Assembly (NCBI GenBank): GCA_948467875.1
Contig: CAOKFZ010000005.1
Span: forward strand, 1,930 to 65,929
Reading direction: 5' to 3'
Origin: an uncultured Clostridium sp.
Lineage (GTDB): Bacteria; Bacillota; Clostridia; TANB77; CAG-508
DNA length: 64,000 nucleotides
Below, in pieces: positions 52,080-61,431 of this stretch. The translations under genes were made by a program, and so were the position numbers. Within the stretch, counting starts at the first letter, position 1; every line of letters begins with the position of its first letter. The notes beneath the pieces are model-generated. The model did no database searches. It was not told the origin of the DNA and was given only the letters and a program-made list of their open reading frames with translations.

Positions 52080-53244
52080 AGTTTGGAAGGAATACCTGGA
52101 TGAAATTCACAATAGGGATATGAATTATGAGAAAATTCGTTTGAAAACGAAAGGAGTGAGTCATATGAGAAGAAAAATATTAAATGTGGCAGCAGTTTTT
52201 GTTGCGATTGTAGTGATCGGTGCGACTTCGAGCCAAATGTATGCTAAAATTAAATGGAATGTAGCGTTTGAAGAATACAAGAGTAGGCCAGTTGGCGAAG
52301 CAAAAGGCAATTTGGATGAGGTAAGAGAGTCTGATTATGCAGAAGTTTTGAATATGGATTATGTAACGCAAGATGGTGTGAGTGTAAAAGTGGATTCTAT
52401 TTTGCTAACAGATGATTGTTTTGATGCTAATCTTAGTTTCAAATTTGCGGAGGAAAAGGAAGTAAATTCACAAACTTTTCGCTATGGTTTTGCGGTTTAT
52501 GATGAAAATAAGAATGTTTATGAAATTTTTTCTGCACTTGGTCTTACGATGCAAAAAGGAGACAGGGATAATACAGTGCCATTTATATATGAAGAATTAG
52601 GCATAAAATATGATAAAAAGGATTTGTATTCGACGCAATTAAGTGACGGTGGCGGAACGGGTTTGGTTGAGGTGAATGAGCAAGATAGAACGATTAAGTC
52701 TAATATTAATATACGAGCAAGAGATAGTTTTCCAAAGAGTAAAAAAATCTATATTCGTGTATTTGATTTGGGTTATGATATGTATGACATGGATTCTGTT
52801 AACCCAGAAAAACATACAATTGACACAATTGAACATTTTGAAATTACAGATGCAAAATGGATTTTTGAGATTGATGTGCCAGATAAATTTTATGAAAGAA
52901 ATACGTTTGAGTTAAAATTGGCTGACGAAATTCCAGATTTTGAATTAGAAAAAGCCACACTTACTGAAACAAGTTTGGTATTGCGTTTTCAATCAAAAGC
53001 GTATCGAGATATGATTACAGCAGGAAAAGATTTTGAGGGGAATTTTGGAGAGGCGATGACGACTATGTTAAACATCACAGATGGCGAAGGCAAAGTTTAC
53101 CAAGATGTAGCTGGCGGAACGAGTGGCGAAGAAGGTTATAAAATAACACTGGATGCAGGTAAGAAGGATTTGGAGAAAAAATTATTTGTAAATTTCACTG
53201 TAAATGGCAAGAAATATACAAGTGAATTGGTAGCAAAAGATTAA
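52072..53244 (+). CDS. Putative anti-sigma factor (DUF4179-like)
   Basis: Overlaps the ECF gene; TM then QDGVSVKVDSILL beta domain. Confidence 0.65.
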   Translation: MSKVWKEYLDEIHNRDMNYEKIRLKTKGVSHMRRKILNVAAVFVAIVVIGATSSQMYAKIKWNVAFEEYKSRPVGEAKGNLDEVRESDYAEVLNMDYVTQDGVSVKVDSILLTDDCFDANLSFKFAEEKEVNSQTFRYGFAVYDENKNVYEIFSALGLTMQKGDRDNTVPFIYEELGIKYDKKDLYSTQLSDGGGTGLVEVNEQDRTIKSNINIRARDSFPKSKKIYIRVFDLGYDMYDMDSVNPEKHTIDTIEHFEITDAKWIFEIDVPDKFYERNTFELKLADEIPDFELEKATLTETSLVLRFQSKAYRDMITAGKDFEGNFGEAMTTMLNITDGEGKVYQDVAGGTSGEEGYKITLDAGKKDLEKKLFVNFTVNGKKYTSELVAKD

Positions 53245-53250
53245 TAAAAT

Positions 53251-53285
53251 AAGGGGCTGTAAAATAGAATATTTTACAGCCCCTT
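53251..53285. terminator. Bidirectional terminator
   Basis: AAGGGGCTGTAAAATA/TATTTTACAGCCCCTT. Confidence 0.8.
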
Positions 53286-53322
53286 AAAAAATGCTAAAGA
53301 TTAAAATTAAAATCTTAATTTT

Positions 53323-54714
53323 TTACTCATAATCACGCCATGTGATAGGTTTTTCTATTTTCTCCCATGTATATACTATTTTTTCAAAAGGCATGTTGAT
53401 GGGAAGAAGATTTGTTTCTTGGTTTTCTTTATCAAGTTTTATTTTCTCTTTGATCCATTTTCTGGAATTACGCTTTTTTCCCCATATAAAATAATGCCTT
53501 ATATAAAGAGATGGATGAAGTTTTGTATAAGCATATTTTTTCTTCAGCCTACGTAACTGTTTTAATAGTATCTGCAAATGATATTCTCTTAAACTTTCGC
53601 TCATTTGTGGATACTGATTTAGTGGCGTACGTGGCGAATGAATATAATAATTCAGATGGATATAGTCTGGCCATATTTTGTGAAGCAAGTCTGCTAGCAA
53701 ATACATATCTTCTATGGTTTCTGTCGGAAGCCCAACCATAATAGTGCTTTCAATGATAAGTTTTGGATTGGCGTTTCGCAATGCTGTACAAACATTAATT
53801 GCTTGCTGGCAAGTATGCTTTTTACCTACAAATTTCAGAAGTCTATCACTGCCGACTTCTGGATTTAATCCAATCCTTGTTAGCTTATTTGCTTGACAAA
53901 GGGCATCCTGTATTTCTGGCGTAATCTCTCCAATGCACATTCCAATGTCAATGGTAATAGATTTTACAGCTGAATAAGAATTAATTAATGCAATAATCCT
54001 GTGAAGCATAGGCCTTCCATATAAGTCGATTCCATATTCGGTTAAATTTTCTGCTCGCAGACTAATATGCCTCATTTTTTGGGGTTCATTTTCTTGGTAC
54101 CAATCAAGCTGTTTTTTTATGAAAGTAAATTTCTGACTTTCATAACGGATATACATATAAGACCGCCGACAAAAGGCGCATGTATTGTTGCATCCATCAA
54201 CTGGCCATATATTTAGCTGATCCCAATAATCATCATACACGACATACTGCTCTTTCATATCTGGAAAACCAAAACGTTTTCCCAGATATTCGGCGTAATG
54301 GTCACCAACAAAAGTAATGTTGCTGATTTCGCCATTTAAAAGTTTTTCAGCATTTGCTGCTTTGCCGACAACAATGATTTCAGCACCTTCTTTACGACAA
54401 GATGCAATTTTTCTTAAGTCATTGCATACTACATCAGACATATCATCGCATCGTGCATAAGGATGTGTATAAAGAAGATAGTCAGCTTCTTTATAGCGAA
54501 CTTGCTTTTCCAGCAATGGAATGATTGGCATATGAGAAACTAAAAGTTCCCGATAGCATTCTGCAATTGCATTATGCTGAAATGCTATTGCATTTATTTT
54601 CGGACCTTCTACTTCATCAGCCAAATAGTACTTATTTGGAAGGCATGTCACTTTTTCTTCTTTCCGTTTAATTTCATATTTTGTGTAGCGTGAGTAATAT
54701 TCACTTCTAGTCAT
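53323..54714 (-). CDS. Radical SAM protein, divergent MiaB/RimO-like
   Basis: GCNNTCAFC, AENLTEYGIDL, IMVGLPTET; own consensus promoter; contains 4 in-frame CGG. Confidence 0.75.
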   Translation of the reverse strand: MTRSEYYSRYTKYEIKRKEEKVTCLPNKYYLADEVEGPKINAIAFQHNAIAECYRELLVSHMPIIPLLEKQVRYKEADYLLYTHPYARCDDMSDVVCNDLRKIASCRKEGAEIIVVGKAANAEKLLNGEISNITFVGDHYAEYLGKRFGFPDMKEQYVVYDDYWDQLNIWPVDGCNNTCAFCRRSYMYIRYESQKFTFIKKQLDWYQENEPQKMRHISLRAENLTEYGIDLYGRPMLHRIIALINSYSAVKSITIDIGMCIGEITPEIQDALCQANKLTRIGLNPEVGSDRLLKFVGKKHTCQQAINVCTALRNANPKLIIESTIMVGLPTETIEDMYLLADLLHKIWPDYIHLNYYIHSPRTPLNQYPQMSESLREYHLQILLKQLRRLKKKYAYTKLHPSLYIRHYFIWGKKRNSRKWIKEKIKLDKENQETNLLPINMPFEKIVYTWEKIEKPITWRDYE

Positions 54715-54928
54715 AAATTATTTCCTCCTTAAATTTTTTGAGTAAATTGATAGATAGGATTATACCTGATAAACTTAATTATAACATTAATTTACATAAT
54801 TGTCAACTTTTTGCAATCCAAACGAAAAACAGCTCTATTCATGAGATAAAGCTGGTTTTTGCTTACTATTTAGTTAACAGGTTGCCAGCATAAAAGAAAA
54901 AGAAAAGGTTCTTTTGCAGTTGCCATAA

Positions 54929-55116
54929 TTAGTGATACATAGGATATCTGTTATACCACTTTTCACAAATTTTTTCTGGTGTAGCACTTGCGCGATTGAC
55001 AGTTACTTTGACTCCAGCGAGTTCAAAGTTGATTGTGATAAATTCTGCGCTTGTCTCGAGACCAAACGCAGCTAATAACTCTGATTTAAAATTTGACTTT
55101 TGATGAAAACAGCCAG
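54929..55116 (-). pseudogene. 3' part of a 63-aa host ORF interrupted by the prophage (5' part at 63708-63711)
   Basis: Open frame lacking a start; joining to ATGG at 63711-63708 (GGAGG RBS at 63725-63721) restores MAGCFHQK...YPMYH*. Confidence 0.65.
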
Positions 55117-55143
55117 TGTATGTTTGTCAAGCCTGTGAAACAA
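55117..55143 (+). repeat. Left terminal inverted repeat
   Basis: TGTATGTTTGTCAAGCCTGTGAAACAA. Confidence 0.75.
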
Positions 55144-55355
55144 AATTTTTAAATTTTTTTATAATTATTATATTTTTCCATATTATCATAGAAAAATAGT
55201 AAAGTCAATGAAGTGTTTTATCATGTTGGGGGAAAATCCCCCACCTACGACCACTACGAAAAGGGAAAGTAAAACTTTCCCTAATTCTCGCTAGTCGTAC
55301 CCCCCTTGTAGCAATTGCGACACGAAGTAACGGCATTTATCAACTAAGACAATAT

Positions 55356-56315
55356 TTAATTAATTACAACAGGCAATAAGAGTTGGCGTCTTCGTTCAAC
55401 AGGTGTCAAATATTTCAATATTCGCATAGGTATTCGGTTTGAGCGTGTAACATATTTTGCACCTTGAATGCGTAAATCCTCTAAGCTATAAAATTTCAAA
55501 AAGCTATAAAAGCGTTCGTTGTCACTTCTATGACTTCGTTCGACTTTTCCATTGTGTTCAGGCATACGAGGACGTATTTTATGATGTTTGATATGTAAAT
55601 GATTTAAAAGTTTAGTCAAAGGGTGTACTTTTTTAACTTTTTTCTGATTATATGTAAATTCTGTCCCATTGTCTGTTTGAATTTCTAAAGGTTGATAACC
55701 AAAATATCGAATACATCGTTTTACAAAATTTACTGTATTCGTTGGCGTGTGTTCTTGATACCAAAACAAGTAGCGTTCACGAGTAGTGACATCAATACAA
55801 GTATATTGATAAAATTTCCATTCTTTTGGTAAATTATCACTTTTACATTCCTTAGGTACATATTTCACATCTATTTGCCATTTTTGCCCTAGATAATATA
55901 ATTCTGGATATTTACCTTTGCACCTCTTAGATGTACCTTTTATTTTAGGTGTTTTGTAAAAATCAAGTTTTCTCAAAATTCTATATAAAGATGTTACCGT
56001 TCTTTTATAATGATAATTTCTAACTAACTTATACCAAACCTCATTTAAAGTTATATTTGGGTTACGTTTAATTAGATTTTTGATATTTTGTATTTCTTCG
56101 TCTGTATGTGCGTTAGGGTGTCTTGTATGAGGTCGACTTGACTTATCTTTCAAACTTTCTTTTGTTCCGTCAAACCTTTTGTTCCAACGCCATAATGACA
56201 CACGAGAAATATGATATTTTCGACATACATAATTATAATCGTGACTATTTCTATATGCTAAAACTGCATAATATCTTGTATTTAATAAGTGCGGTAAATA
56301 TCTTTTATTATTCAT
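55356..56315 (-). CDS. IS481-like DDE transposase/integrase, probably the phage integrase
   Basis: N-terminal HTH, WQIDVKY, IQTDNGTEF, NGKVERSHR; promoter TTGACA-N17-TATAAT (56389-56361). Confidence 0.88.
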   Translation of the reverse strand: MNNKRYLPHLLNTRYYAVLAYRNSHDYNYVCRKYHISRVSLWRWNKRFDGTKESLKDKSSRPHTRHPNAHTDEEIQNIKNLIKRNPNITLNEVWYKLVRNYHYKRTVTSLYRILRKLDFYKTPKIKGTSKRCKGKYPELYYLGQKWQIDVKYVPKECKSDNLPKEWKFYQYTCIDVTTRERYLFWYQEHTPTNTVNFVKRCIRYFGYQPLEIQTDNGTEFTYNQKKVKKVHPLTKLLNHLHIKHHKIRPRMPEHNGKVERSHRSDNERFYSFLKFYSLEDLRIQGAKYVTRSNRIPMRILKYLTPVERRRQLLLPVVIN

Positions 56316-56385
56316 TTGGTTACCCCTTATAATATATTTATTATCTACATTTATAAATACATTATAGTATACTATGCGCAGTATG

Positions 56386-56559
56386 TCAACCCTTTTTTAA
56401 ATATTTTTTTGCATTTTCGGTTATCCAACTTGCTATTGTTTTATTTTCAGATTTAAGTTTAGCACGTAATTCATTTCCCAATTCTTTATCAATATTAGCC
56501 CTGATTTCGTCATACTTTTTCAATTGCCATTCTCTTTCTTTTTTATAATCTCTTGCCAT
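56386..56559 (-). CDS. 57-aa basic protein, possibly ribbon-helix-helix
   Basis: AAGGAG RBS; MARDYKKEREWQLKKYDEIRANIDKELG...; not in the ORF track. Confidence 0.55.
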   Translation of the reverse strand: MARDYKKEREWQLKKYDEIRANIDKELGNELRAKLKSENKTIASWITENAKKYLKKG

Positions 56560-56655
56560 ATAAATACTCCTTTTAATTACATTATAATTTTTATAAAAAA
56601 TCGTGTCAACAGTTAATATAAAAAATACATAGTTATAAAACTATGTAAATTATTA

Positions 56656-56892
56656 TTACTTCTTATATTCGATAATTTCAGATACATCACAATCTAAAAC
56701 ATAGCATATTCTAGCAAGAACATCTAAATCTAATCTAGATATATCATTATTATAGTATCTATTAATAACGTTATATGTTGCACCAGTTAGAGTAGCTAAT
56801 TTGTTTCTAGTAATATTCTTTCTTTTCATTACTTTTCTAATATTAAAATTTATTTTACCATAATTTTTTAGAGTAAATATTCCTTTTTCCAT
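56656..56892 (-). CDS. Cro/C1-type HTH regulator
   Basis: ITRNKLATLTG..LARICYVLDCDVSEII. Confidence 0.85.
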   Translation of the reverse strand: MEKGIFTLKNYGKINFNIRKVMKRKNITRNKLATLTGATYNVINRYYNNDISRLDLDVLARICYVLDCDVSEIIEYKK

Positions 56893-56949
56893 TTAAACAC
56901 CTCTTTATAGTTTTATTTTAACAGAAAAATTGTGTCTTGACATTTACCC

Positions 56950-56985
56950 TCTAATATATTATCCTATATAAGATAATATATTAGA
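56950..56985. promoter_or_regulatory. Operator-like palindrome between divergent phage regulators
   Basis: TCTAATATATTATC-N8-GATAATATATTAGA overlapping a TTGACA promoter. Confidence 0.6.
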
Positions 56986-56999
56986 AGAAAGGAAATATT

Positions 57000-57353
57000 A
57001 TGAAAAGAATATCAAATGCAGAATTAGAGGTAATGCAAGTAATATGGAGTAAACAAAACATAACGTCACTTGAAATCATAAAAGGATTACAACACAAAAG
57101 CTGGAATGATAACACAATACGAACATTAATTAATCGACTAATTTACAAAAAAGCTGTTGGAATTGCTAAAAAAGAGGGTAAAACATATATCTATGTTTCT
57201 CTAATTAACAAAGACGAGTACATTCTAAAAAGTAGTAATGACTTTGTTAATCAATTTTTTAATGGTTCCATTTCTGACTGTATTAATTTTCTTATAAAAC
57301 ATAATACAGAAAAGTTGAAAAAGGAGTTAGCTGTTGACATTTCAAATGATTAA
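57000..57353 (+). CDS. BlaI/MecI/CopY-family repressor
   Basis: ISNAELEVMQVIW, WNDNTIRTLINRL, FFNGS. Confidence 0.88.
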   Translation: MKRISNAELEVMQVIWSKQNITSLEIIKGLQHKSWNDNTIRTLINRLIYKKAVGIAKKEGKTYIYVSLINKDEYILKSSNDFVNQFFNGSISDCINFLIKHNTEKLKKELAVDISND

Positions 57354-57392
57354 AAATATAATAAAATTACACTAAAGAGAAAGGAGAAAGAA

Positions 57393-57647
57393 ATGTTTGA
57401 TAAAAGAAAATATTATTCTTATACAAATGATATTCAATTTGAAATTGGACTTACATATTGCATTTGTACAATAATATCAGTAATTTTAATCTATCTCATA
57501 TATAATGTTTTTGAAAATTTAATCATATCTATATTAATATTTGTGCTAGGAATTATTTTTGCAAATATTCGTACAAAAAAACTAGAAATAAAATTACAAG
57601 AGATGTACTGGTTCTTAGATATGTACGATAAAATAAAAAATAAGTAG
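57393..57647 (+). CDS. Small two-TM protein
   Basis: AAGGAG RBS, two hydrophobic helices. Confidence 0.6.
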   Translation: MFDKRKYYSYTNDIQFEIGLTYCICTIISVILIYLIYNVFENLIISILIFVLGIIFANIRTKKLEIKLQEMYWFLDMYDKIKNK

Positions 57648-57672
57648 AGAGCAAATCTCTACTTATACATTC

Positions 57673-58695
57673 CTAAGCCACTTCTTGACTTTCAAACGGA
57701 TTAAAATAAAAAGTTTCTTCAATTTTATACATCTGTGAAAAATCTACTCTAGCTTGTTTTAAGTCTTTTATATTTTGATAATAGGTAGAATGCAAAAAAC
57801 TTCTTTTTACATTTTGCAAGCCTTCAAGCTGTACTGCGCAATAAAAATTATATAATCGCATCGCTTTTCCTTTTTTGTAAACATCTAATAACCTTTCTTT
57901 TACATTTTCCATTCCACGCACTATTTCTAAATCTTTTTCAATTAAATTCAACATTTTCATAAACTCATCACTCCAAATCTTCCTTAAATCTTCATACTTT
58001 ATATCTATAATTCTAATATGCTTTTTATTATACAATTTTACAAGCATTTTCTTTTTTACTTCACATTCAAATCGTACAAATCCTTGTATTTCTTCTAAAT
58101 ATCGCATAATGTCAAAATTTGTCGAATGAAACTTTTTCAAATCATTTTTGCGAAATTCTAAATATTTGTTGTATATTTTAAGTGTTGTCATTGTTCCAGA
58201 TATGTACACACTTTCGTCATAGAAAAACTTTAGCTTTCTACGAGGATAACTACAACGACTTAAACTATTTATATAATCTTTCACATTCTTTTGATTTCCT
58301 AAATCATAACAAATTGCTATGTCACAACGTTGTAGAAACCAATTTTGCAATATTGGCAAATTAATTTCATACGCATTTTCTGTCATTTCTATTAATTCTT
58401 TGCAAATAAATTCTAAATCATAAAAACCATTATGGCTGTTGTATCCCTTTATTATCTTATGATATGAACCTTCAATTTCTATGTAGTAAAACAAATCGCT
58501 AAATTGATATTTTGCACCATTTCCAACACGCACGCTTAAACTGGAACTATACGAACCTTCCAAATGGTCGTTTACAACTTCGTATATCAATTCGCCAGTT
58601 GCTTTGTTAATACTTGATTTTACAATAGACTTGTTATAAATCTTAGAATACAATTCAAAAGGAATTTCGCAATAAATTTTAATCGTATCTATCAT
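57673..58695 (-). CDS. Rolling-circle replication initiator (phage gpII/X, Rep_trans-like)
   Basis: MIDTIKI, EGSYHK..GYN, QRCDIA, LKIYNKY.E, VRFECE. Confidence 0.85.
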   Translation of the reverse strand: MIDTIKIYCEIPFELYSKIYNKSIVKSSINKATGELIYEVVNDHLEGSYSSSLSVRVGNGAKYQFSDLFYYIEIEGSYHKIIKGYNSHNGFYDLEFICKELIEMTENAYEINLPILQNWFLQRCDIAICYDLGNQKNVKDYINSLSRCSYPRRKLKFFYDESVYISGTMTTLKIYNKYLEFRKNDLKKFHSTNFDIMRYLEEIQGFVRFECEVKKKMLVKLYNKKHIRIIDIKYEDLRKIWSDEFMKMLNLIEKDLEIVRGMENVKERLLDVYKKGKAMRLYNFYCAVQLEGLQNVKRSFLHSTYYQNIKDLKQARVDFSQMYKIEETFYFNPFESQEVA

Positions 58696-58737
58696 AAAAT
58701 TTATCCTTTCAAAAAACCGTATTTTTGCTGAAGCAAA

Positions 58738-58902
58738 TTAGGAATGATTTTTAATATAATATTCAATAGCAAATCTGATAAAATCACGATAATATATTTT
58801 TTTTCCGTTCGTATAAGCCATACAATAATTTTTCATTTGTAAAAAAGTTGTGTATGGAATTTCAACTGTCAGTTTTTTATAATCAATATCATTTTTCTTC
58901 AT
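58738..58902 (-). CDS. 54-aa CopG/RHH-like protein upstream of rep
   Basis: AAGGGG RBS; KKLTVEIP...YYRDFIRFAIEYYI pattern; not in the ORF track. Confidence 0.5.
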   Translation of the reverse strand: MKKNDIDYKKLTVEIPYTTFLQMKNYCMAYTNGKKIYYRDFIRFAIEYYIKNHS

Positions 58903-58930
58903 AAAAAATCCCCTTTATAAAATTAATTTT

Positions 58931-58973
58931 GTCCGAAAATTCGGACGTTCGGCGGGTGTTACTAAGAACCCGC
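58931..58973. other. Twin GC-rich hairpins, candidate double-strand origin
   Basis: GTCCGAA/TTCGGAC and GCGGGT/ACCCGC upstream of rep in AT-rich DNA. Confidence 0.45.
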
Positions 58974-59129
58974 ATTTTTTATTCTTTTTTCATTTTCTGC
59001 TACATACTTTTTTATATAAGTTCTTAAATATATTTCTAGTTGATAACATTCTTCAATATTATTTGTTATTTTTATTCTATCAAGACATTTTGTAATATAT
59101 CCATATAAACCTTTTTCTTTATTTTTCAT
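58962..59129 (-). CDS. 55-aa phage hypothetical protein
   Basis: AAGGAG RBS; MKNKEKGLYGYITKCLDRI... Confidence 0.45.
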   Translation of the reverse strand: MKNKEKGLYGYITKCLDRIKITNNIEECYQLEIYLRTYIKKYVAENEKRIKNAGS

Positions 59130-59161
59130 TTTTTATCTCCTTTTATTTTCTTTTCTTATTT

Positions 59162-59224
59162 CATAATAAATAAACATTTTTCGGCTTGCTAGCGCAAGCG
59201 CGAAAAAAACATTTATTTATTATG
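59162..59224. other. Long imperfect hairpin, candidate packaging signal or terminator
   Basis: CATAATAAATAAA..GCTTGC-TAGC-GCAAGC..TTTATTTATTATG directly after the structural operon. Confidence 0.5.
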
Positions 59225-59497
59225 TTATGAAATATTTAAAAATGGTATTTTTCTCAATATCCACATTGTAAATTTATAAATTCGTTCAAAGTTAATTAAT
59301 ATAATTAGAATAGGTATTACTATTGTAAGTGTAGTAGGACGTATAAAGAAACCTAATAGCGACAAATTGCCAAATACTAGGTCAAAAAATGTATTAATAC
59401 TTGATGTCAAACTCTCTGGCATGGCTGGCAAATTGAGCCATGAAAACACAAATTTTAACAATGTAAAAACTAAATTCAATAAACCTTCTATAATCAT
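59225..59497 (-). CDS. pVI-like minor coat protein
   Basis: 90 aa hydrophobic, C-terminal WILRKIP, follows the pIII-like gene. Confidence 0.7.
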   Translation of the reverse strand: MIIEGLLNLVFTLLKFVFSWLNLPAMPESLTSSINTFFDLVFGNLSLLGFFIRPTTLTIVIPILIILINFERIYKFTMWILRKIPFLNIS

Positions 59498-61416
59498 TTT
59501 TCTGTTATCTCCTTAAATTTATTTTTAGCCAAATTTACTAAGTAAAATATAATAATTGTATCAACACATACTAAGTAAATATCGTGTACTGTTTTAAATA
59601 TATTGTTTTCTAACAAATCATTCAAATTGAATGTTTTTGCTGAAATTAATTTACTATTGGTAAATGGTTCTTGAATATCTGGAATATTAAAAATTGGTTC
59701 GCCAAAATCAATGGTTAGTATGTGTTCTAAAATATCAATAATCAATTCAAATGGGTAAAAGATAAAACCTAATTTACCACTAAACCAGTCATTTAGATTA
59801 CTAAATAGAGAGCCAAAGAAATTTTCAGACGGAACAAATAAGCTTTTAATCATATTTCCTAGATTAGTAATTACGTCAAAAATACCCTTTAGAAAGTCCC
59901 ATATACTCCAGTTTGAAGTGTCGTCAGTTTTATCTGGAGAAGTGCTATCAGAAATATAGGGGGGACGTTTATTATCTGCATTGTTTTTGTCTTGTTCGTC
60001 TGTTGTATTGTCTGTTGTTGAATTATTCGGATAAGTCTGCGTTGTATTATCAACTGGAATAATATTTGATTTTCCGTCTGTGCTATCTGTTATAACGGTA
60101 TTCTTTTTATCAGAAATAGCATTATTCGTATTGTTTATTTTATCTTTAATATCAAACTCATTTAAGAAGAATCTTCTTATTAAACCACCAGAAAATCCGA
60201 AATTGTATATGTGATTATCTTTGCCACGTGTTTTTCCGTCGCCTTTACAGCCCACATAATAGATGTTATTTGTTATTTTATCTAAGATATAGTTGCTATC
60301 TTCTTTTGCATAATAAATTGTCTGATTTGAGCCTATAAAGTATGAATTTTTTACATCTCCTAAAATATCGGATGATGTAACAGTAGAACCACCAGCATAA
60401 TCAGATAATACCCACAATACGCCATTATCTTCTTGTTTCTTGAAAGGTGCATCTTCACTGTTATCACTATCGTCGCTATACACCAGAGTAAAGAAAAATC
60501 GTTTGGTTGCATCTGTTAAAAATCCTGAAAAATAATCGCCGAATTGACACTTTTATGCGGTTGTAATGTGGGCTAAAATAAAAATAAGCATGTTCTCCTA
60601 CTACAAAATCTATGTAACCGCGACATCAAATACGAGCCGTGATTTTAAAGGACTATAAAAGCTGTTATCTTCATAAGTGAGTAATCGTGCATAATCTGTC
60701 AAATAAATACAATAATTATTTTTATTATTTATCAATTCCATTAATTCGTTATAACGAACATCGTCTTTATTTGCTTTTAATGTAAAAGTATGTTTTGCAT
60801 CATTGAAATTTTTGTCAAATAGATTTAATTCAAATAATTTTTCACTTTTGGTTGACACGTCAGAACCATTAAATAAGATTTTTTCTGGGTTATATAAAGT
60901 AGGTTGTAGCATTACATTTTGATTAACTTGACTATAAAAAAAGTCATTTTTACTATAAATAAGTGAAAAATCAGTATAGGAATTTGGAACATTTTGCGAT
61001 TTTCTTTCTGCACAACTAACATATCCATTTGCTTCAATAATAATTATTAAGAATTTACTAGATTGATTGACTGTAAGAGTATTGTTGCTATCATTATAAG
61101 AAACATTTACAACAATAGGATTATCTCTCATAGTACCGTCGCCACGGTCGTAATAATAGTGATGTACAGCAAAAAATGGATATGTAGTGGAATTTGAAAC
61201 AACATAATAAATCATACCATCTGCTTTATTTTGAAAACAAGCATAGCCTAAACTATCATTATATTTGCTAGAGTATGAGGAAATTTGAGTTATGAAAGTA
61301 TCATAATATGGACAGTTTGACATTTCGTCAAATTGTGCAAAAACTTTTGGGATATTCAAAAAATAAATTCCTAAAAAAAATAATGCAATTAAAAACAATT
61401 TACTTCTAATTTTCAT
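59494..61416 (-). CDS. pIII-like adsorption protein (~639 aa) assembled via three +1 shifts at CGG 60639, 60620 and 60541
   Basis: Signal peptide in the 5' ORF; T/N/D linker and C-terminal TM in the 3' ORF; three C-skips give a stop-free join. Confidence 0.7.
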
Positions 61417-61431
61417 ATATTAAAATCCTTT

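Noticed and set aside
55356-56315. Stand-alone IS481 element
   Set aside because: I found no matching IR near the 5' end of the transposase; the partner IR is at 63681-63707, beyond the phage genes
5440-61416. Treating the split genes as ordinary pseudogenes or homopolymer sequencing errors
   Set aside because: The extra bases do not lie in long homopolymer runs, all are a C at codon position 1 before GG on the coding strand, and both halves of each gene are otherwise intact. A platform artefact is disfavoured but cannot be excluded without reads.
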